In this document: positions 1 to 19,194 of the stretch, in pieces
Layout: every line of letters begins with the position of its first letter
Position numbering within the stretch: position 1 is the first letter of the stretch
Assembly: GCF_009914755.1 (NCBI RefSeq)
Contig: NC_060934.1
Strand: one strand, 5' to 3'
Source of the DNA: the human T2T-CHM13v2.0 reference genome, Homo sapiens
DNA length: 64,000 bases
Position numbers and translations under genes: made by a program
Notes under the pieces: model-generated
Told to the model about the DNA's origin: nothing
What the model saw: only the letters and a program-made list of their open reading frames with translations
The model's database searches: none

Positions 1-1818
1 GAGATTTCTTAGTTCATATATCAAGAAGTCTTGAAGTTGGGTGTTTCCAGAATTGGTAAAAACAGCAGCTCATAGAATTTTGAGTATTCCATGAGCTGCT
101 CATTACAGTTCTTTCCTCTTTCTGCTCTGCCATCTTCAGGATATTGGTTCTTCCCCTCATAGTAATAAGATGGCTGTGGCATTTCCAAACATCCAAAAAA
201 AGGGAAGGATTTAAGGAGGTGAAGTCGGGTCAAAAATAAAATATATATACATATATACATTGCTTAGAACGTTAAACTATTAGAGTATTTCCCTTCCAAA
301 GAGGGATGTTTGGAAAAAACTCTGAAGGAGAGGAGGAATTAGTTGGGATGCCAATTTCCTCTCCACTGCTGGACATGAGATGGAGAGGCTGAGGGACAGG
401 ATCTATAGGCAGCTTCTAAGAGCGAACTTCACATAGGAAGGGATCTGAGAACACGTTGCCAGGGGCTTGAGAAGGTTACTGAGTGAGTTATTGGGAGTCT
501 TAATAAAATAAACTAGATATTAGGTCCATTCATTAATTAGTTCCAGTTTCTCCTTGAAATGAGTAAAAACTAGAAGGCTTCTCTCCACAGTGTTGTGCCC
601 CTTCACTCATTTTTTTTTGAGGAGAAGGGGGTCTCTGTTAACATCTAGCCTAAAGTATACAACTGCCTGGGGGGCAGGGTTAGGAATCTCTTCACTACCC
701 TGATTCTTGATTCCTGGCTCTACCCTGTCTGTCCCTTTTCTTTGACCAGATCTTTCTCTTCCCTGAACGTTTTCTTCTTTCCCTGGACAGGCAGCCTCCT
801 TTGTGTGTATTCAGAGGCAGTGATGACTTGCTGTCCAGGCAGCTCCCTCCTGCACACAGAATGCTCAGGGTCACTGAACCACTGCTTCTCTTTTGAAAGT
901 AGAGCTAGCTGCCACTTTCACGTGGCCTCCGCAGTGTCTCCACCTACACCCCTGTGCTCCCCTGCCACACTGATGGCTCAAGACAAGGCTGGCAAACCCT
1001 CCCAGAAACATCTCTGGCCCAGAAAGCCTCTCTCTCCCTCCCTCTCTCATGAGGCACAGCCAAGCCAAGCGCTCATGTTGAGCCAGTGGGCCAGCCACAG
1101 AGCAAAAGAGGGTTTATTTTCAGTCCCCTCTCTCTGGGTCAGAACCAGAGGGCATGCTGAATGCCCCCTGCTTACTTGGTGAGGGTGCCCCGCCTGAGTC
1201 AGTGCTCTCAGCTGGCAGTGCAATGCTTGTAGAAGTAGGAGGAAACAGTTCTCACTGGGAAGAAGCAAGGGCAAGAACCCAAGTGCCTCACCTCGAAAGG
1301 AGGCCCTGTTCCCTGGAGTCAGGGTGAACTGCAAAGCTTTGGCTGAGACCTGGGATTTGAGATACCACAAACCCTGCTGAACACAGTGTCTGTTCAGCAA
1401 ACTAACCAGCATTCCCTACAGCCTAGGGCAGACAATAGTATAGAAGTCTGGAAAAAAACAAAAACAGAATTTGAGAACCTTGGACCACTCCTGTCCCTGT
1501 AGCTCAGTCATCAAAGCAGAAGTCTGGCTTTGCTCTATTAAGATTGGAAATGTACACTACCAAACACTCAGTCCACTGTTGAGCCCCAGTGCTGGAAGGG
1601 AGGAAGGCCTTTCTTCTGTGTTAATTGCGTAGAGGCTACAGGGGTTAGCCTGGACTAAAGGCATCCTTGTCTTTTGAGCTATTCACCTCAGTAGAAAAGG
1701 ATCTAAGGGAAGATCACTGTAGTTTAGTTCTGTTGACCTGTGCACCTACCCCTTGGAAATGTCTGCTGGTATTTCTAATTCCACAGGTCATCAGATGCCT
1801 GCTTGATAATATATAAAC

Positions 1819-1824
1819 AATAAA
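1819..1824 (+). terminator. Proximal poly(A) signal AATAAA of the SCD 3' UTR
   Basis: AATAAA followed by a U-rich/GU-rich tract (cttcttcctattgtaatcgtgtg), ~1.2 kb upstream of the distal signal. SCD is known to produce two mRNAs by alternative polyadenylation. Confidence 0.65.
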
Positions 1825-2524
1825 AACAACTTTCACTTCTTCCTATTGTAATCGTGTGCCATGGATCTGATCTGTACCATGACCCTACATAAGGCTGGAT
1901 GGCACCTCAGGCTGAGGGCCCCAATGTATGTGTGGCTGTGGGTGTGGGTGGGAGTGTGTCTGCTGAGTAAGGAACACGATTTTCAAGATTCTAAAGCTCA
2001 ATTCAAGTGACACATTAATGATAAACTCAGATCTGATCAAGAGTCCGGATTTCTAACAGTCCTTGCTTTGGGGGGTGTGCTGACAACTTAGCTCAGGTGC
2101 CTTACATCTTTTCTAATCACAGTGTTGCATATGAGCCTGCCCTCACTCCCTCTGCAGAATCCCTTTGCACCTGAGACCCTACTGAAGTGGCTGGTAGAAA
2201 AAGGGGCCTGAGTGGAGGATTATCAGTATCACGATTTGCAGGATTCCCTTCTGGGCTTCATTCTGGAAACTTTTGTTAGGGCTGCTTTTCTTAAGTGCCC
2301 ACATTTGATGGAGGGTGGAAATAATTTGAATGTATTTGATTTATAAGTTTTTTTTTTTTTTTTGGGTTAAAAGATGGTTGTAGCATTTAAAATGGAAAAT
2401 TTTCTCCTTGGTTTGCTAGTATCTTGGGTGTATTCTCTGTAAGTGTAGCTCAAATAGGTCATCATGAAAGGTTAAAAAAGCGAGGTGGCCATGTTATGCT
2501 GGTGGTTAAGGCCAGGGCCTCTCC

Positions 2525-2680
2525 AACCACTGTGCCACTGACTTGCTGTGTGACCCTGGGCAAGTCACTTAACTATAAGGTGCCTCAGTTTTCCTTCTGT
2601 TAAAATGGGGATAATAATACTGACCTACCTCAAAGGGCAGTTTTGAGGCATGACTAATGCTTTTTAGAAAGCATTTTGGG
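2525..2680 (+). mobile_element. MIR SINE within the SCD 3' UTR
   Basis: MIR core: gctgtgtgaccctgggcaagtcacttaac...gcctcagttttcc...aaaatggggataataatac...ctacctca. Confidence 0.85.
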
Positions 2681-3034
2681 ATCCTTCAGCACAGGAATTC
2701 TCAAGACCTGAGTATTTTTTATAATAGGAATGTCCACCATGAACTTGATACGTCCGTGTGTCCCAGATGCTGTCATTAGTCTATATGGTTCTCCAAGAAA
2801 CTGAATGAATCCATTGGAGAAGCGGTGGATAACTAGCCAGACAAAATTTGAGAATACATAAACAACGCATTGCCACGGAAACATACAGAGGATGCCTTTT
2901 CTGTGATTGGGTGGGATTTTTTCCCTTTTTATGTGGGATATAGTAGTTACTTGTGACAAGAATAATTTTGGAATAATTTCTATTAATATCAACTCTGAAG
3001 CTAATTGTACTAATCTGAGATTGTGTTTGTTCAT

Positions 3035-3095
3035 AATAAAAGTGAAGTGAATCTGATTGCACTGGGTCTGGGAGTTTCTTTTGGCTGTGATTCAA
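3035..3095 (+). terminator. Distal poly(A) signal, cleavage region and GU-rich downstream element
   Basis: AATAAA 3035-3040, CA dinucleotides ~20 nt downstream, then gggagtttcttttggctgtgattc. Confidence 0.85.
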
Positions 3096-3495
3096 AGTCT
3101 TGGGATTTGTCTCTGGCTCATATCTATGTCTGTACCTTTAAGAGTATAAAAGAAGTAGAAGTTACAATGGTTGACTCATACCCCATTAACCTGCCCTGCT
3201 GTCCTAAAGGTAACTTTAGGTTAAACTCTGGGACGCAGGAAGCCAGGAGTCTGCTGCCATTAAATCAAACACATTAACACCAGCTGGCAACTTGGCCCTG
3301 GGGAAGTGCCAGGGTTCTCGGGTGTGTCACGTGGTCGGTCACATAGACCTAAGATAAAGACACTGGGAGAGGAAAAGACCAGCAGGAGAAGCGCTCCCTG
3401 GGAAAGCAGTTTTTTGCTCTTGCCCAGGCTGGAGTGCAATGGTGTGATCTGGGCTCACTGCAAATTCTGCCTCTTGGATTCAAGCATTCTCCTGA

Positions 3496-3753
<258 letters not shown>

Positions 3754-4659
3754 TAGGGAATAAAATGGCTTCTTGAGAATGCTGATATGCACAGCAGAAG
3801 GAAGAAAGGAAAACCAATCCAAGGAACGGCTTGTATGTTCCTGGAGCAGAGGGCTTCATGCTCACAGGTGCACAAAGTGGAAACGGTTTTGGTTTTTGGT
3901 TTTTCCTTTTAGCTTTTAATACTTTTAAAATTATTTTTCTTGAAACCGGGTCTTCCTCTGTTGCCCAGGCTGGAGTGCAGTGGTGTGATTGCAGCTCACT
4001 GTAGCCTCAAACTCCTGGGCATAAGTGATCCTTCTGCCTCAGCCTCCGAGTAGCTGAGACTACAGGCATGCATCATCACGCCTGGCTAATTTTTTTTAGT
4101 TTTATTTTTGAAGAGGCCGGTCTCACTATGTTGGTCAGGGTGGTCTCAAACTCCTGGGCTCAAGCGATCCTCCCAAAGTGCTCGGATTACAGGCATGAGC
4201 CACCACACCCAGCCTAGCTTTTACTATATTTTATCTGATAATCCTTTTATGGAAAAAAGAAGGGCAGACTCTTTTACAGTTTGAAGAAGCTCCATATTCC
4301 ATCAGGAGCCATCTTGAGCAATACCTGGGTTTCTAAGAGCTCCCCAGAGCCAGTTCTCCAGCTCACCTTGCTTTCTAATCTAAGGTTGCCCTCACCTTGG
4401 ACAAGAAGCACGAGTCCCTCAGAGTAATTCAGAGTATCCAAACTCAAAAGTCTATGTACATGGAGGCCTTGCTAGACCTTAATGGTGACATTTTCATCAA
4501 TATCCGGTTTTCTGCCATGAGTCCCTATCCCTCTTTTTCTTAACATATTCAAGCCAGAATATTTTTTCAGCCATTCTGTAACTGCACAGTTTCTTCCAAG
4601 TCTCTACTTTGTCTCCCATTAACTAGGATCCAATATATTTATGTATTTATTTATTTTAA

Positions 4660-5208
<549 letters not shown>

Positions 5209-5664
5209 TGATTAAACACACCTCCATGCTTCCTCCAGGAATCTGTATTTTGCATATCTGTTATTTCATCTGGGGCTGTTTTCTTATTATTAGCTGCAAA
5301 AGTTCCAAAGAGGAAGAAGAAAAAAGATATATCAGAGAGGTGGAAAAGAGTTGATCAACATGGTCAACTGAATTCAAGACAGAGAAGGAACATGTGATGA
5401 GCTTACCTGAAAGGGTGATTTGTAGAGTAAGAGCTCTTAGGGGGACAAAGTAATGAACCCTGATTTTGATATGTTTCATATGGGAAGGTATAAGGAAGTT
5501 AAGGTTCTGTTTAGGAATCAAGATTAACCGTGGGGCAAAAGGACAAAAAATAGATTAAGGTAATAATGGAGAACAGCATAGAAATGAAATTCCCAATGCC
5601 CAAATGGCCACCAGTTTTTTCACGTTTCCCTAGAAGAACCAAGATAGTTCCTAAAGATGTCTGC

Positions 5665-8085
<2,421 letters not shown>

Positions 8086-8236
8086 TATATTTTAAAAAAC
8101 CCTCTTAATGTTTTACCACTAGTTGTAGCTGAGACACAAACCCAAATATATTAAGTACTGATGAAAATAAATTTTTTGATTAAAGGAAGTGCTCCATATT
8201 CTCTCTCTCTCTCTTTTTTTTTTTTTTTTGAGATAG

Positions 8237-8521
<285 letters not shown>

Positions 8522-9932
8522 TAATTATGCAGTGATGTAGTCTCTAGTCTCAAACTTCAAAGGGACAAAGACTAGCCACATGAGAAAAGGCAAGCTGCTA
8601 TAAACTGGAGTATAATATGACAATTTGGCTGTACCAAGTTACTTGGAAAAATCGAGATACCATGTTCTACATTTAGTTAAAGGGGTTTAGGCAACTGCAT
8701 AAACACAGACCTAACTTCCTTTTGAGTGGGAAATTAAAGTTCTGAGTCCATCAGACTTGTGGATACAATCATAATAACAATAACAATATTTACTAGAGCT
8801 GGGCACTGTACTGAATGCTTGGCAGTGTGTTATCGCACCACATCCGAAGCAGGTGTTATTGTTACCTGGATTTTACTGATGAGGTAACTGAGTTCACTTG
8901 GAGAAAAAGCTGTGAGAAAATGTGTAATGTTGCTATGATCTGGTTCCAGACCTATGGTCTTAACTACTGGCTCTACTGGGTGTGGAGCAGATGACAAACT
9001 AGATATGTCGTAATCTGTCATATGTCCAACTGTATGCCTGGCAATATTCAGTTATACTCAGAGGCAAAGCCTGGTGATGTGACCCTCCTCCCTGGGTGGC
9101 AGTGGCAGGGAGCTTAAGTTTTGCACAAACAGCAGATGCATCCACTGTTCCGGAAGAACCCAGCTCACTCCACCTCCTGACCCGTCTTAACATTCAGTCA
9201 CACCTGGGTTTTAAGCTTTCCTCTCAAACCATAGATACGTACCCAACATTTCCTGTCTACTTTTCCTAAACTACACTTCACCCTCCTATAAGATTGTGAG
9301 CTCCTCAAAAGCATCTTCCTCTTTCAGAAATGTCTCCCTGCCCCTAAACAGTCAGCACTGGAAATGACAGAATGAGCTCATGTCTTGCTCTAAATTCTGT
9401 CACTGCTACAAACTGTGTGAAATGTCACAGGGAGTAGGAGTCATATTTTGTGACCTGTAGTTAACTTTCCGTGCTGCAGGCAAAGCGCTGATTCTTGTAC
9501 ACTGACTTTGGAACAAATGCCACAGGCCCTAATTGCAGGCTCCAAGGAGTTGAGATTCCATACTGGGGTTGCTGGAGGCAGAAGCCTTCCCACTTTCAGG
9601 ACCCGGACCTGCCCTTCCCCCACGCGGTCCCGCCCAGCCAGCTACACCCTGGCCACAGAGCGCTCACAAAGGCTCAGTGTGTGTATGCCGGGCTGACTCA
9701 CAGTGGTTCTGGGCCCAGGCGAGGACCTTCTCAGAGGGGCGGAAGGGGCCCTCTCCCTCCTGGCCATTTTCCATGGGGAGCAGTCAGTAACCAGGACCAT
9801 GCCAGACTTCAAAAAACAGAGAGGAAAGTGGAAGTGAAAGGCAGCAGAGGACTCAGAATTGCTGTTTCTTATTTCTTTCTTAGAGAATTATGGACAGCAG
9901 GAAGGACTCACCTTTTAGTCTGTCAGTTTGTT

Positions 9933-9935
<3 letters not shown>

Positions 9936-9967
<32 letters not shown>
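9936..9967. repeat. (GA)n microsatellite
   Basis: Directly visible gagaga run. Confidence 0.95.
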
Positions 9968-11080
<1,113 letters not shown>

Positions 11081-11319
11081 TCACCCTCTTCTTAACGTGT
11101 ACCCATTTGTCCCTTTCCTCTTTCCTACTTTTTACAAAGCCAGTTCCCCACAGACTTCTCTTTCCCCTGGAGTAGAGGGTGGGAGAAGTTGCATCTCTAG
11201 TAGAAAGACTATCCAAGCCTCCATTCTTACCTTTTCCGCAAATAGAATACGGTGACCAGGAGGAGGAGAGGACAGGCTGCCACCTCCCTGTGGTCACTAA
11301 GGTACACCCACTACAGCCA

Positions 11320-11830
11320 TTAACGCGACTCCGTAAAACTACCCTCCTAGCGACCTCCAACGCCTCGGTCCTCACCCAGAACATCACATTAAACTTTTCA
11401 ACAGTCACAGATAGGAAGGGGCTCGGTGTGGAAGGTGCCAGCTCTGGCTCAGCCCTGCGGGTGAGTGTTTAACTTTCAGCCCAGCTTAAGATCTCCGAAG
11501 ACACCCATCGCCTCGTCCTGCCCAGTCCCCTCCGCTAAAGGGCCGGCCTGCCCGGGCCTGGCTGGCAGCTGACATGAATGGAGAGGAAGCGCCTCCCTCT
11601 CCACCCACTCTCGCCGGGGTTACTGCCGGTCACAGACCCGGGCCTTCAAGAGCTATTTACACCTACAACAGCCCACCAGCGCCTGACCACGCCGGAGCCA
11701 ATCAGCGGCCCCCAAGCTTGTCTGATTCTGTCTGCTCCAATCAGGAGGCGCGGTCCTTCCAGCCTCTTGCTCCTGTGAATCACAGGTCGGCGGGAGCCTT
11801 TTTTCCTTTTTTTTTTTTCCCGGGGAGTCG
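11320..11830 (+). promoter_or_regulatory. CpG-rich promoter with two NF-Y-type CCAAT boxes (putative OLMALINC promoter)
   Basis: The main non-repeat CpG-rich stretch in the window (~11320-12310). AGCCAATCAG (CCAAT 11698-11702) and TCCAATCAG (CCAAT 11737-11741) lie 39 bp apart with GC-rich flanks. No TATA box is evident. Confidence 0.75.
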
Positions 11831-12359
11831 GCCTCGGGGCTCTGCTCTCCTACCTCAGTCTGCCCTACCCTGGAATGGGGAAAATGCGGACATGCCACTC
11901 AGTCCGGCCGCGAACAGTGCTCCAGAACTCAGAGAGTTTTCCAGACGGGTGGAGATCGCGTTCCCTGCCCGCCGAGGTCCCATCGCTTCCCTGCTGGGAA
12001 GACAAATGAGGCGCTTTAGCCGTCTCCACGGCCAGCCCCTCCCTCATAACCCGAGATTCTTTGTGGGCTCTTAGTCCATAGCTGCCTTTGAGGTGGTGTA
12101 GACCTTGCTAACCAGGACGGCCCAGTAGGCAGAGCTCATTTTTATTCCTGTCTGCAATCGTGCAAAAACGCCTCTTATGGAAAAGCCAGAGCGCCAGGAG
12201 TCAGCAAAACACACTAAAGATTGGGCAGTCACTGGGGAGAACGTGAGTAAAAGCACAGGAACAGCAAAGCGTTCAGGAACGTTCGAGGCTGACGCAACCG
12301 GCGCAGGAAGGTGGTGTGTGGTGGGAGAGTGGGAGGAGACAGTGGAAAGTTTAGACTTG

Positions 12360-12950
12360 CTTCTGTAAGTGATAAGAAGTCATCAGATATTTTCAAGCAG
12401 GAGAGGAAAATAATCTCTCTGTTTCGCAAAGTTAACTCTCATGGCAACAGAGCAGAGTAGCGGGGGGATGGGGGCTGGGAGATGTTGGGAAGCTATTGTT
12501 ACCACTCTGGTGAAGAGTCATGGGACCTCAAAAGCTGGGATAGTCACGGTGGGAATGGAAAGGAAGGGCACAAGCTGAGAGGCATTTGGGAGGAGAATCA
12601 ATAGCACTTTATTGACTGGATGTGTGAGATGAGTGAGGACAGCAATCAGAAGAGGACTTTGAGGTTTCTAGCCTGAGTGGCTGGAAGGACACCACTTCCC
12701 CTACCTGAAATAGGTAGCAAAAAGGAGAGAGAAAGAGAGAAGCAGAGGGATTTTGCAAAGGGAATAGGAGTTCAGTTTTTGACATGTGGCATTTGAATTG
12801 CAAGAAGTACATCCCTGTGGATGTAATACCCAGTAGACAGTTGGGAATTAGGATCTGGTGTCGAGAAGAAAAGTAGAGATGAGATCCAAAGGGTTTATAG
12901 TGGATCGGGAGAGAAATTGATGACCTAAAGAGAAATTATAGAATAAGAAG
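12360..12950 (-). mobile_element. L2 LINE fragment
   Basis: Degenerate L2-type text (gaggtttctagcctgagtggctggaagg..., gagttcagtttttgacatgtggcatttga). Confidence 0.6.
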
Positions 12951-13429
12951 ATTTGGGCAGGGCACGGTGGCTCATGCCTGTAATCCCAGCATTTTGGGAG
13001 ACCAAGGTAGGAGGATTGCTTGAGCCCAGGAGTTTGAGACCAGCCTGGGCAACATGGTGAGACCCCGACTCTACAAAAACTGCAAAAATTAGCCGGGTGT
13101 GGTGACACATACCTGTAATTCCAGCTACTTGGGAGGCTGAGGTGGGGGGATCACCTGAGCCTGGGGAGGTCTAGGCTGCAGTGAGCTGAGATAGTGCCAC
13201 TGCACTCCAACCTGGGCAACATAGCAAGAGCAAGACCCTGTCTCAAAAGTAAAAAAAAAAAAAGAAGATTCAAGTACAGAATCTTGGGAAGGTAGAAAGA
13301 GGACACAGAGGCCAGGTGTGGTGGCTCATGCCTGTGATCCCAGCACTTTGGACGCTGAGGTGGGTGGATCATCTGAGGTCAGGAGTTCAAGACCAGCCTA
13401 GCCAACATGGTGAAACCCTGTTTCTATTA

Positions 13430-13615
<186 letters not shown>

Positions 13616-14021
13616 CTAGCAAAACAGACAAAGAAGTATCAGAAAGATATGAAAAATTAAAAAAAAGCAAACTACGATACTGTAATAGAAATAAGAAAAT
13701 AATTCCAGGAAGAGGAAGCAGGACATTGTTTATGTATGTACAAAACAGTAAGACATTGGTTAAATAAATTATAAAGCATTCATTTGATAGAATACAGCCA
13801 TTAAAATTATGTTGCAAAACTATATAATTGCCATAAAGAGATGTTCAATGCATCTTTTTTCCCCCAGTGCATCTTAGAAACACTCAGGTTAAAAAATAGT
13901 ATATATGCTGGGCACGGTGGCTCACGTCTGTAATCCTAGCACTTTGGGAGGCTGAGGCAGGTGGATCACGAGGTCAGGAGTTTGAGACCACCCTGGCCAA
14001 TGTAGTGAAACCCTGTCTCTA

Positions 14022-14913
<892 letters not shown>

Positions 14914-14989
14914 TTAGGATGAGGGAACTGTTCTATATGTTTGTTGAGGTAATGTATACACAGCTCTGTACAATTATCCAAAATCCTCA

Positions 14990-15451
14990 TAAGGGAGGAG
15001 ACCACCCCTCATATTGTCTTATGCCCAATTTCTGCCTCCAAAGAAAGAAGAAGTAAAAACTTAAAGACAGAAATGAAATCCACAGGCAGACAGCCCGGCG
15101 CCACACCCTGGGCCTGGTAGTTAAAGATCGACCCCTGACCTAATCAGTTATGTTATCTCTAAATTACAGTCATTGTGTGGAAAAGCACTGTGAAAATCCC
15201 TGTCCTGTTCTGTTCTGTTCTAATTACCAGTGCATGCAGCCCCCAGTCACATACCCCTTGCTTGCTCAATCGATCAAGACCCTTTCACGCGGACCCCCTT
15301 AGAGTTGTCAGCCCTTAAGAGGGACAGGAATTGCTTACTCAGGGAGCTCGGTTTTTGAGACGTGAGTCTTGCCGATGCTCCCGGCCAAATAAAGCCCTTC
15401 CTTCTTTAACTCGGTGTCTAAGGGGTTTTGTCTGCGGCTCGTCCTGCTACA
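14990..15451 (+). mobile_element. Solo LTR of the LTR2 (HERV-E/Harlequin) family
   Basis: Begins TAAGGGAGGAGACCACCCCTCATATTGTCTTATGCCC, ends ...gtcctgctaCA, has AATAAA 15388-15393 and a perfect 4-bp TSD CTCA (14986-14989 / 15452-15455). Confidence 0.88.
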
Positions 15452-15505
15452 CTCAAACTAGAATTCCTTAAATTTTTATTTTTTATTTTATTTATTTTTT
15501 TTTAG

Positions 15506-15853
<348 letters not shown>

Positions 15854-15899
15854 TAAATGGCAGACCAGAGCATACTGCCTGGAATATAAGAAGGGCTCA

Positions 15900-16397
<498 letters not shown>

Positions 16398-16954
16398 TTA
16401 TGAGGGACCTTGGTAGCTGACTTAGAATATGACACAAATGAGGAAATAAACCTATTCCTTATTGTCCAGAGGGTTGAATAAAGGAATAAAACTATGTGGG
16501 AATGAGAGCAAGCATGGCTATGGACAGGAAGGCAGCTCAAATAACTTGAGCTGTTCTACAGTGTCTTGGGAGGAATAAGCTGCTTCTCTCACCATATTTG
16601 TTCAACTCGTCCAAGATTCTGTAAACATGTTCCTGAATGGGATGAGATAATGGATTAGATACCTCTTAGGTTCCACCTAGTTTTAAGACTATGATATAAA
16701 GCACATCAAAGCTCTTCAACCAAACATAAGGTAATAGGAGTTATGTTATTTTCAGTCTATGGAATGGATGTCAATCTCATCTCTTTTGATTGTCAAGCTA
16801 GTTCCCATTTCTTCATGGTTTTGATCAAATCTGTTTAAGCTGTCTTTATGATCTGGACTAGGTGAGCTTAAAGTGATCATACCTGGCTGATAAATACTAA
16901 TTGCATTTCTAAGTAGGCCGCTGGTAGAAATTTAATTATTTGGTTTTAATGTGA

Positions 16955-17128
<174 letters not shown>

Positions 17129-17806
17129 TAATTTTTTATTTTTAGTAGAGATAGGGTTTCACCATATTGGCCAGGATGGTCTTGATCTCCTGACCTCGTG
17201 ATCTGCCCACCTTGGCCTCCTGAAGTGCTGGGATTATAGGGGTAAGCCACCATGCCCGGCCCTTAATGTTAGTTCTTATTATACTTCATATCTATATCAT
17301 TCATTTTGCATACTATGGTACAATAGAGAAACCATTAGGCTAGGAGTCAGTGTGACCCAGTTTCAAGTACTGGTTCTACTACTTAATAGATGTATGGCTT
17401 TGGGGAAAGGCATTTATGCAGAGGTTTTCGATGTGTAGTCCATGGACCCCTGAGCGTACCCCAAATAATTTTCAGGGTATCCATAAGACCAAAATGATGT
17501 TCATGGTGATATTAAGCCTTATTTGCCTTTTTTCACCATCACATTGACATTTCTTCTGATGGTGGGAAATTCTTTGCACCTTGATAGGAATCACGGTAGT
17601 AGCACCAAACTGTACCAGTGGGCATTACATTCCTCACTGCCCTGCACTTGGAGGGGAATTCAGTCCCCCAGGCTGGAATGCAATGATCTCGGCTCACTGC
17701 AACCTCTGCCTCCTGGGTTCAAGCGATTCTCCTGCCTCAACTTCCCAAGTAACTAGGATTACAGGTGCCTGCCACCACGCCTGGCTAATTTTTGTATTTT
17801 TAGTAG

Positions 17807-17923
<117 letters not shown>

Positions 17924-19194
17924 TGATAAAATAAAAATTATTAATTTATTAAATTTTGATCCTTAAGAGCACCTTTTAAAAATTCTGTGGCATGAAATGG
18001 GAAGTAGGAAGTACTTATAAAGTACTTCTGCTATATGTCAAAGAACAGTGGTTGTCTTGAGGGAAAACATTAGTGTGATCATTATAGTTGTGAGCTGAAT
18101 TAACCCCTTTATTCATGTAATATCCTTTTTGTTTGAAAGAATGACTGACAAACTGGTTGTTCAGACTTCGGTATTTTGCAGCTTCAAGAACATTAATAAA
18201 GTAAAATTGTTACTTCAAAGTAACAACTTGCAATATTTGTTCCAATGATAAAATTTGAGCTTTTGGCAGTGGCTCATGCCTATAATCCCAGCACTTAGGG
18301 AGGCTGAGGCGGGAGGAGCACTTGAGCTCAGGAGTTTGAGACCAGCCTGGGCAGTCTCTCCAAAAAGAAAAAAAAAATTAGCCAGGCATGGTGGCATGCA
18401 CCAGCTGAGGTGGAAGGAGCACTTGAGCCTGGGAGGCCAAGGCTGCAGTGAGCCATGATTGTACCACTGCACTCCAGCCCAGGCAACAGAGCAAGATCTT
18501 GTCAAAAAAAAGAAAAAAGAAAAGAAAAAATAGCTTTCAAGCAAAACTCAGAATTGTGGTGATCTTGCATGTGGTACTAAGCTTGACAGCTTCCTAATAA
18601 TTAAAAACTCTTCTGATGCTATCAGTGGTGATGTTCAAAAATGTCAATTTTTAAATATTATAGAATAAAATGAGCCAACATTTTAGAAGATTTGCATAAC
18701 TCAGTGAACCAATACTTTTCAAATGACCAAAACATAATGTTACAAAATCATGCATGGATAAAAGGTGCATTGAAAATGCAAATGAGGCCAGGTGTGGTGG
18801 CTCATGCCTCTAATCCCAGCATTTTGGGAGGCAGAGGCTGGAGGATCACTTGAGGCCAGGCATTTGAGACCAGCCTGGCCAACATAGCAAGATCCTATCT
18901 CTAAAAATAATAAGAGTAAGAGAATTAGCCAGGCATGGTGGCATGCGCGTGAAGTCTTAGCTACTTGGGAGGCTACGGTGGGAGGATGGCTTGAGCTTAG
19001 GAGTTTGAGGTTACAGGAAGCTATGATTGTGCCACTGCCCTCCAGCCTGGGTGATGGAGTAAGACCATGTTTCAAAAACAAAACAAAAAAAAAAGAAATG
19101 CAAGTTAGACCAATGAAGTATAATGTAATGAAATACAAAAAATTCATTGCTATGGTTTCAAATTCCCAGTGCAATTAACCTTTAAGATACTACG

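Larger units (their letters stand above)
1..3062 (+). other. SCD: Distal 3' UTR (last exon) of stearoyl-CoA desaturase mRNA; no coding sequence in window
   Basis: Unique, nearly repeat-free 3 kb ending in AATAAA (3035-3040), then gtgaagtgaatctgattgca and a GU/U-rich downstream element. Recognised from memory as the end of the human SCD mRNA. Its distance to the promoter at ~11.8 kb fits the recalled SCD-OLMALINC arrangement. Confidence 0.88.

Noticed and set aside
235-507. Additional AATAAA hexamers at 235-240 and 502-507
   Set aside because: They sit in AT-rich runs without a convincing GU-rich downstream element, so their use cannot be supported from sequence.
742-1412. 146-aa (+) and 121-aa (-) ORFs in the first 1.4 kb
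   Set aside because: Chance ORFs in the 3' UTR with no recognisable domain and no similarity to the desaturase protein.
2654-3034. 126-aa ATG-initiated minus-strand ORF (MNKHNLRLVQ...), which I recall as a 'putative uncharacterized protein' from a cDNA collection
   Set aside because: It is exactly antisense to the end of an abundant 3' UTR, with no promoter, domain or splice evidence. Most likely a reversed-clone artefact.
11574-12074. 166-aa ORF over the promoter and exon 1
   Set aside because: It starts upstream of the CCAAT boxes, so likely upstream of the TSS. GC-rich sequence is stop-poor, and no domain is recognisable.
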